Shown piece by piece: positions 54,193-57,761 of a stretch of 57,761 nucleotides of DNA. A program made the translations under genes and the position numbers. This DNA is from a virus. Lineage: Duplodnaviria > Caudoviricetes. The notes beneath the pieces are model-generated. The model made no database searches. It saw nothing but the letters and a program-made list of their open reading frames with translations, and was not told the DNA's origin. The stretch covers positions 1 through 57,761 of IMG/VR virus record IMGVR_UViG_3300034357_000936; one strand, given 5' to 3'. Numbering within the stretch: position 1 is the first letter of the stretch; every line of letters starts with the position of its first letter.

Positions 54193-55006
54193 ATTGTTTA
54201 ATATATTTATTATAAAGGTCTTTTTTGATTATAGATTCATTATTTAAATCTTTATCTATATTTTCTTTAATAACATTGATGTGTCGAGAGTATATTTCTT
54301 TAACATCTACATCAGCTTTTAATTTATCTTTTGCAAAATCTTTTGTATTTTGTTTGTGATATTCAAAATTATCTTCTCTATATATTGTTCCACTTTGTTT
54401 ATGTCCTCCCATTTCTCCTTCGTCTGACCAATTAAAACAATAAGAAGGAACGATATCTTTTTCTATATGAAACTTGTTTAATTTTTGAAATTCATCCATC
54501 CAATGATGATGTTCTCCACCTCCTTGGTGATTTGAGAATCCAAATTCTTTTAGTTTATTTAAATCAACTAAAATACTTGCTTCCATATAACTTTTAAAAA
54601 ATACTGGTTCACAGTTCTTTTGCCAAAACATGCCCATAGAGGGTTTCCAAGCCCAAATCTCTTCATTCTTTTCAAATCCATCAACACATTGTCGAATGTG
54701 CCAAGGTAAAAAAATATCATCATCATCCCAACAAATATAATGAGTTCCGTTAGCAAAATTTAAACTATCCCTTCTTATACTTCCAATATTTGTATAAGGT
54801 TCTTTCGTTTGTAAATCTGTATTATTATTTATTACAATAATGTTTTTGTTTAAAAGATTTTCCGATAATTCTAATGGATATTCTGTATCAGTATTATAGA
54901 TAATTAATTCCTTTTCGACATCACAGTCTTGATCTAAAAAGAATTTAATAGAACGATTCACGCATGTAAATCGTCTATATGTATTCATTATGCAAGAGAC
55001 TTTCAT
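54185..55006 (-). CDS. GT2 glycosyltransferase
   Basis: VSCIMNTYRR, KELIIYN, WDDDDIFLP. Confidence 0.82.
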   Translation of the reverse strand: MKVSCIMNTYRRFTCVNRSIKFFLDQDCDVEKELIIYNTDTEYPLELSENLLNKNIIVINNNTDLQTKEPYTNIGSIRRDSLNFANGTHYICWDDDDIFLPWHIRQCVDGFEKNEEIWAWKPSMGMFWQKNCEPVFFKSYMEASILVDLNKLKEFGFSNHQGGGEHHHWMDEFQKLNKFHIEKDIVPSYCFNWSDEGEMGGHKQSGTIYREDNFEYHKQNTKDFAKDKLKADVDVKEIYSRHINVIKENIDKDLNNESIIKKDLYNKYIKQYE

Positions 55007-55647
55007 AATTGTTGTCCTTCTTTTAATTTTTCCCACCTTTTTGGTTCCCAGCTATATAAATATAAATGTTTACCGTATTGCTCTTGAAAATCTGCATATC
55101 TGTAATATAGTGAACTTTTATTTTTTAATAAAGTTTTTAGCTCTTCATGATTAATTTCGAAAGGTAATTCAAAATATTTTTTAATGATTTCACCAAACCA
55201 AGTTGGGCCATACCAATCTTTTTCCCCTATCTCATTTATACAAAAATTTAATACATCACTATCTTTTTTAGCAAAAAAGATCTGATTAGGTATACCAATA
55301 CCGTTATCATGATAAAAATAAACATTATCAAAATTTAAAAAATAATCTAATTTATTTTTTATATCCCAATCTACATCAAAATAAAGTCCTCCAAATCTAT
55401 TTATTACTATAATTCTTAAAATATCAGCGCACTGCACATAATTTTTCTTTTGATAAAAATAATCATACTTTTTTCTTACTGCTTCTGGCATGTTAAGAAT
55501 TGATTCATTTTTTAAAACCAATTCATCTGTCCAAAAAATATGATCATAATCTGGATGAGATTCTTTTAATTTTTCAATTAAAGATTGTTCTCTTAATGGA
55601 ATCTTAAAATCTCCCACCCATATTTGATGTATTGTTTTGGGTATCAT
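55003..55647 (-). CDS. GT32 (DXD) glycosyltransferase
   Basis: IPKTIHQIW, ADILR, GGLYFDVD, GP. Confidence 0.88.
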   Translation of the reverse strand: MIPKTIHQIWVGDFKIPLREQSLIEKLKESHPDYDHIFWTDELVLKNESILNMPEAVRKKYDYFYQKKNYVQCADILRIIVINRFGGLYFDVDWDIKNKLDYFLNFDNVYFYHDNGIGIPNQIFFAKKDSDVLNFCINEIGEKDWYGPTWFGEIIKKYFELPFEINHEELKTLLKNKSSLYYRYADFQEQYGKHLYLYSWEPKRWEKLKEGQQL

Positions 55648-56177
55648 AAGGGTTTTTGTATAAACCAAGTTGGAAAATGTATATCAACAGTATTTACTAT
55701 TATGTCTTTTTCATAAAAGAATTTATCAACAGCATCTTTTACTCCAAAATCATTAATTTCTTCTTTTAAATTTAAATAATCATGACCTGCTAAAATTCCT
55801 CCCTTTTTAACTTTTGGATACCATCTTATTAAATCATTATATACAAATTCTTCAGAATGATTAGCATCCATGTAAATAAAATCAAAAATTTCATCTTTAA
55901 AAAAATCAACAGCAATTTCAGATAATTCGCGCATTAAAGTAAATCTTCCATCAAATTCTTTTAACTTTTTTAAGGTATTATTCATAAACATTATATGCTT
56001 CTCTGTATTAACATTTGCTTTATCGTGGTAGTCGTTTAATTCCCGCCAAGAGTCAAGTAAAATTAAATGTAAATTACTATATTCTAATATTTTAGAAGAA
56101 TAGTTACCAGACTGCACACCTATTTCTATACCTAATCCTTTTAAATTTAATGATTTTATAAACTCTTCTCTATTCAT
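55644..56177 (-). CDS. Class I SAM methyltransferase (Methyltransf_24-like)
   Basis: EIGVQSG, FDFIYMDANH, KKGGILAGHDY. Confidence 0.88.
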   Translation of the reverse strand: MNREEFIKSLNLKGLGIEIGVQSGNYSSKILEYSNLHLILLDSWRELNDYHDKANVNTEKHIMFMNNTLKKLKEFDGRFTLMRELSEIAVDFFKDEIFDFIYMDANHSEEFVYNDLIRWYPKVKKGGILAGHDYLNLKEEINDFGVKDAVDKFFYEKDIIVNTVDIHFPTWFIQKPL

Positions 56178-57024
56178 TTATTAAAGTAGTTTTTGCCTCT
56201 TCAAGAATTTTATCTAATCTTTCTGTTGATAAAGATTCTTTAAAATGATTATAAATTTCTTTAATCATTTTATGCTCTGGATCTTTATAAATCTCAAGCC
56301 ATCCAACAAAATAATTCCAAATTCTATCTTCTAAAAGATTTAAATAAGGAACTCCATTCGGTCTTGAGAAACGGTGAACCCATTTTAAGTTTGGTAAACA
56401 AATACATTTTCCACCCGCCTGACGAAACTTCTCATGAATATACCCTTCTTCTCCTCCAAATCCTCTAAAGTTTTCATTGAAACCCTGCCATTCAGAAGTC
56501 TTGCAAGAAAACATTCCTAATCCCATCATGAGAATCTCAAAAGGTTCTCCTTTATCCATTTCTTCTTTATTATTTCCCCAGATTCCATACATATTTGCTC
56601 TCCAAACGGGATCAAATTGAGTAGAAATACTTGAATCTAAGCTGTCATACCAAAGCGGCCCTTGGATTAAGTTTTTGGTATTTGGATTTTCTTCGTAATA
56701 TTTAAGAAGGTTGGTTATTGCATTTGGCTCAAACATTACATGAGAGTCCATACAAAGAGTATATTCTCCAGACGCATTCTTAAAAACTTGATTACGAACT
56801 GATGTGCTTTTTTTATCAGTAAATGGAATATATTTTACTTTTGCCCATCCTTCTGCAAATTTTTTAACTTCTTCTCCGTGTTTACTTTCTGGATTATTAT
56901 CAATTACAATAATTTCAACGTCCTTTTCTATATCTTTTAACTGATAAAGCTTTAAAGCTTGGATAGAGAAGTATACGCCATCAAAATCATCATAGGTGGC
57001 CATTCCTATTGTCAATTTTTTCAT
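56170..57024 (-). CDS. GT2 glycosyltransferase
   Basis: LTIGMATY, IIVIDN, CMDSH, GFGGEE. Confidence 0.85.
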   Translation of the reverse strand: MKKLTIGMATYDDFDGVYFSIQALKLYQLKDIEKDVEIIVIDNNPESKHGEEVKKFAEGWAKVKYIPFTDKKSTSVRNQVFKNASGEYTLCMDSHVMFEPNAITNLLKYYEENPNTKNLIQGPLWYDSLDSSISTQFDPVWRANMYGIWGNNKEEMDKGEPFEILMMGLGMFSCKTSEWQGFNENFRGFGGEEGYIHEKFRQAGGKCICLPNLKWVHRFSRPNGVPYLNLLEDRIWNYFVGWLEIYKDPEHKMIKEIYNHFKESLSTERLDKILEEAKTTLINE

Positions 57025-57033
57025 AAATTACTA

Positions 57034-57761
57034 TTATGGTCCCGGCGTTGTAGACGTAGTTGGTCCCGGCGTTGTAGACGTAGTTGGTCCCGCCGTTGTT
57101 GGCGTTATACCTGTGAAAGCTACAACAGCTTGATTAATTACCATATCCAAAGCAACCGATGCGCTTCCAGTAAAACCTCCTCCTATAATACTTAATTGAA
57201 AAACAGTATTATTATAAGGATCGTTACTAATTTTAGAACCAGAAAATAAAAGACCGTGTCCAGTTCTTGTTGTTGTAATTTTGCATTCATTATAATTAGC
57301 GAATCCTATTCCTTCTATAAAGGTATTAACGTTATTATTAATATCTACTATGTGTGCTTTTAAAAAAAGTCCAGCACTTGTTAGAGCAGGAATAGTTATA
57401 TAAGAACTATCAGAGACAACACGACTAAAATAAATTGGAGACGGCGGGGCGGTATTATCAAAATATGAAATTCCAATAAATTGGGATCTTTGTGCTAATT
57501 CAAAACCATTTCCTTGAACTAATTCATGAGAATTATGTGATACAGTATTTGACCCTAAACAAACAGAGTAACTTGCACTTGCTTCAGTTTTATTTCGATA
57601 TCCACCTAGTATAACTGAATTTGAACCATTTCCTGTATTTAATAGACCTCCAATAATTGCACCTCTTGTCCCATTGACTCTATTTTCTTGTCCACCTAAA
57701 AGAATGCTAAAATCAGCAGCAGCAACTTGATTAGAATATCTTCTTAGTATTTGGGTATCAA
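57034..57761 (-). CDS. C-terminal part of a tail-fibre/adhesin-like protein with TTSTTPGP repeats (5' truncated)
   Basis: GGxxN repeats (SILLGGQEN, AIIGGLLN, SVILGGYRN); ends ...TTAGPTTSTTPGPTTSTTPGP then TAA TAG TAA. Confidence 0.7.
   Translation of the reverse strand, partial: DTQILRRYSNQVAAADFSILLGGQENRVNGTRGAIIGGLLNTGNGSNSVILGGYRNKTEASASYSVCLGSNTVSHNSHELVQGNGFELAQRSQFIGISYFDNTAPPSPIYFSRVVSDSSYITIPALTSAGLFLKAHIVDINNNVNTFIEGIGFANYNECKITTTRTGHGLLFSGSKISNDPYNNTVFQLSIIGGGFTGSASVALDMVINQAVVAFTGITPTTAGPTTSTTPGPTTSTTPGP
57037..57099. repeat. 24-bp tandem repeat (2 perfect copies plus a partial one)
   Basis: TGGTCCCGGCGTTGTAGACGTAGT. Confidence 0.9.

Noticed and set aside
56959-57195. Plus-strand ORF with WSRRCRRS repeats
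   Set aside because: Antisense frame of the 24-bp repeat.
1-57761. Stop-codon reassignment
   Set aside because: Recognisable genes are full length in code 11, TAA/TGA/TAG all end ORFs, and no suppressor tRNA was seen.

Overview
Fragment of a large lytic tailed-phage genome (standard genetic code). It carries phoH, ruvB-like, thyX, rIIA/rIIB-like, dCMP deaminase and HD-nucleotidase genes, two DNA glycosylases, two HNH nucleases, four different peptidoglycan hydrolases, a spanin-like pair, glycosyl/methyl/sulfo-transferase clusters, tail-fibre-like genes and 8 tRNAs. A DUF1501 gene points to a Planctomycetota/Verrucomicrobiota host (inference). The standout feature is a ~15 kb, visibly more GC-rich island (~1.7-16.8 kb) built as an array of mini-gene cassettes. 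About 29 sigma70-type promoters lie in it, 26 with an ATG only 5-7 nt after the -10 box (leaderless). The array is punctuated by 16 copies of an 81-bp element: two 31-bp palindromes (TCGTAASTCGTT-N7-AACGASTTACGA) set 50 bp apart (51 bp in one case) around a polar GC-rich 19-bp spacer. Further motifs sit at fixed, helically phased distances (CGCAATCGCGCCA; TGTTCANNTGAACA; a sigma54-like TTGGCA-N5-CTTGAA). Paralogous mini-genes, two inverted elements and one ORF-less structured-RNA cassette suggest a modular, shuffled early/host-takeover system. No recombinase is visible in the window. All product calls come from motif recognition by eye, not from database searches.
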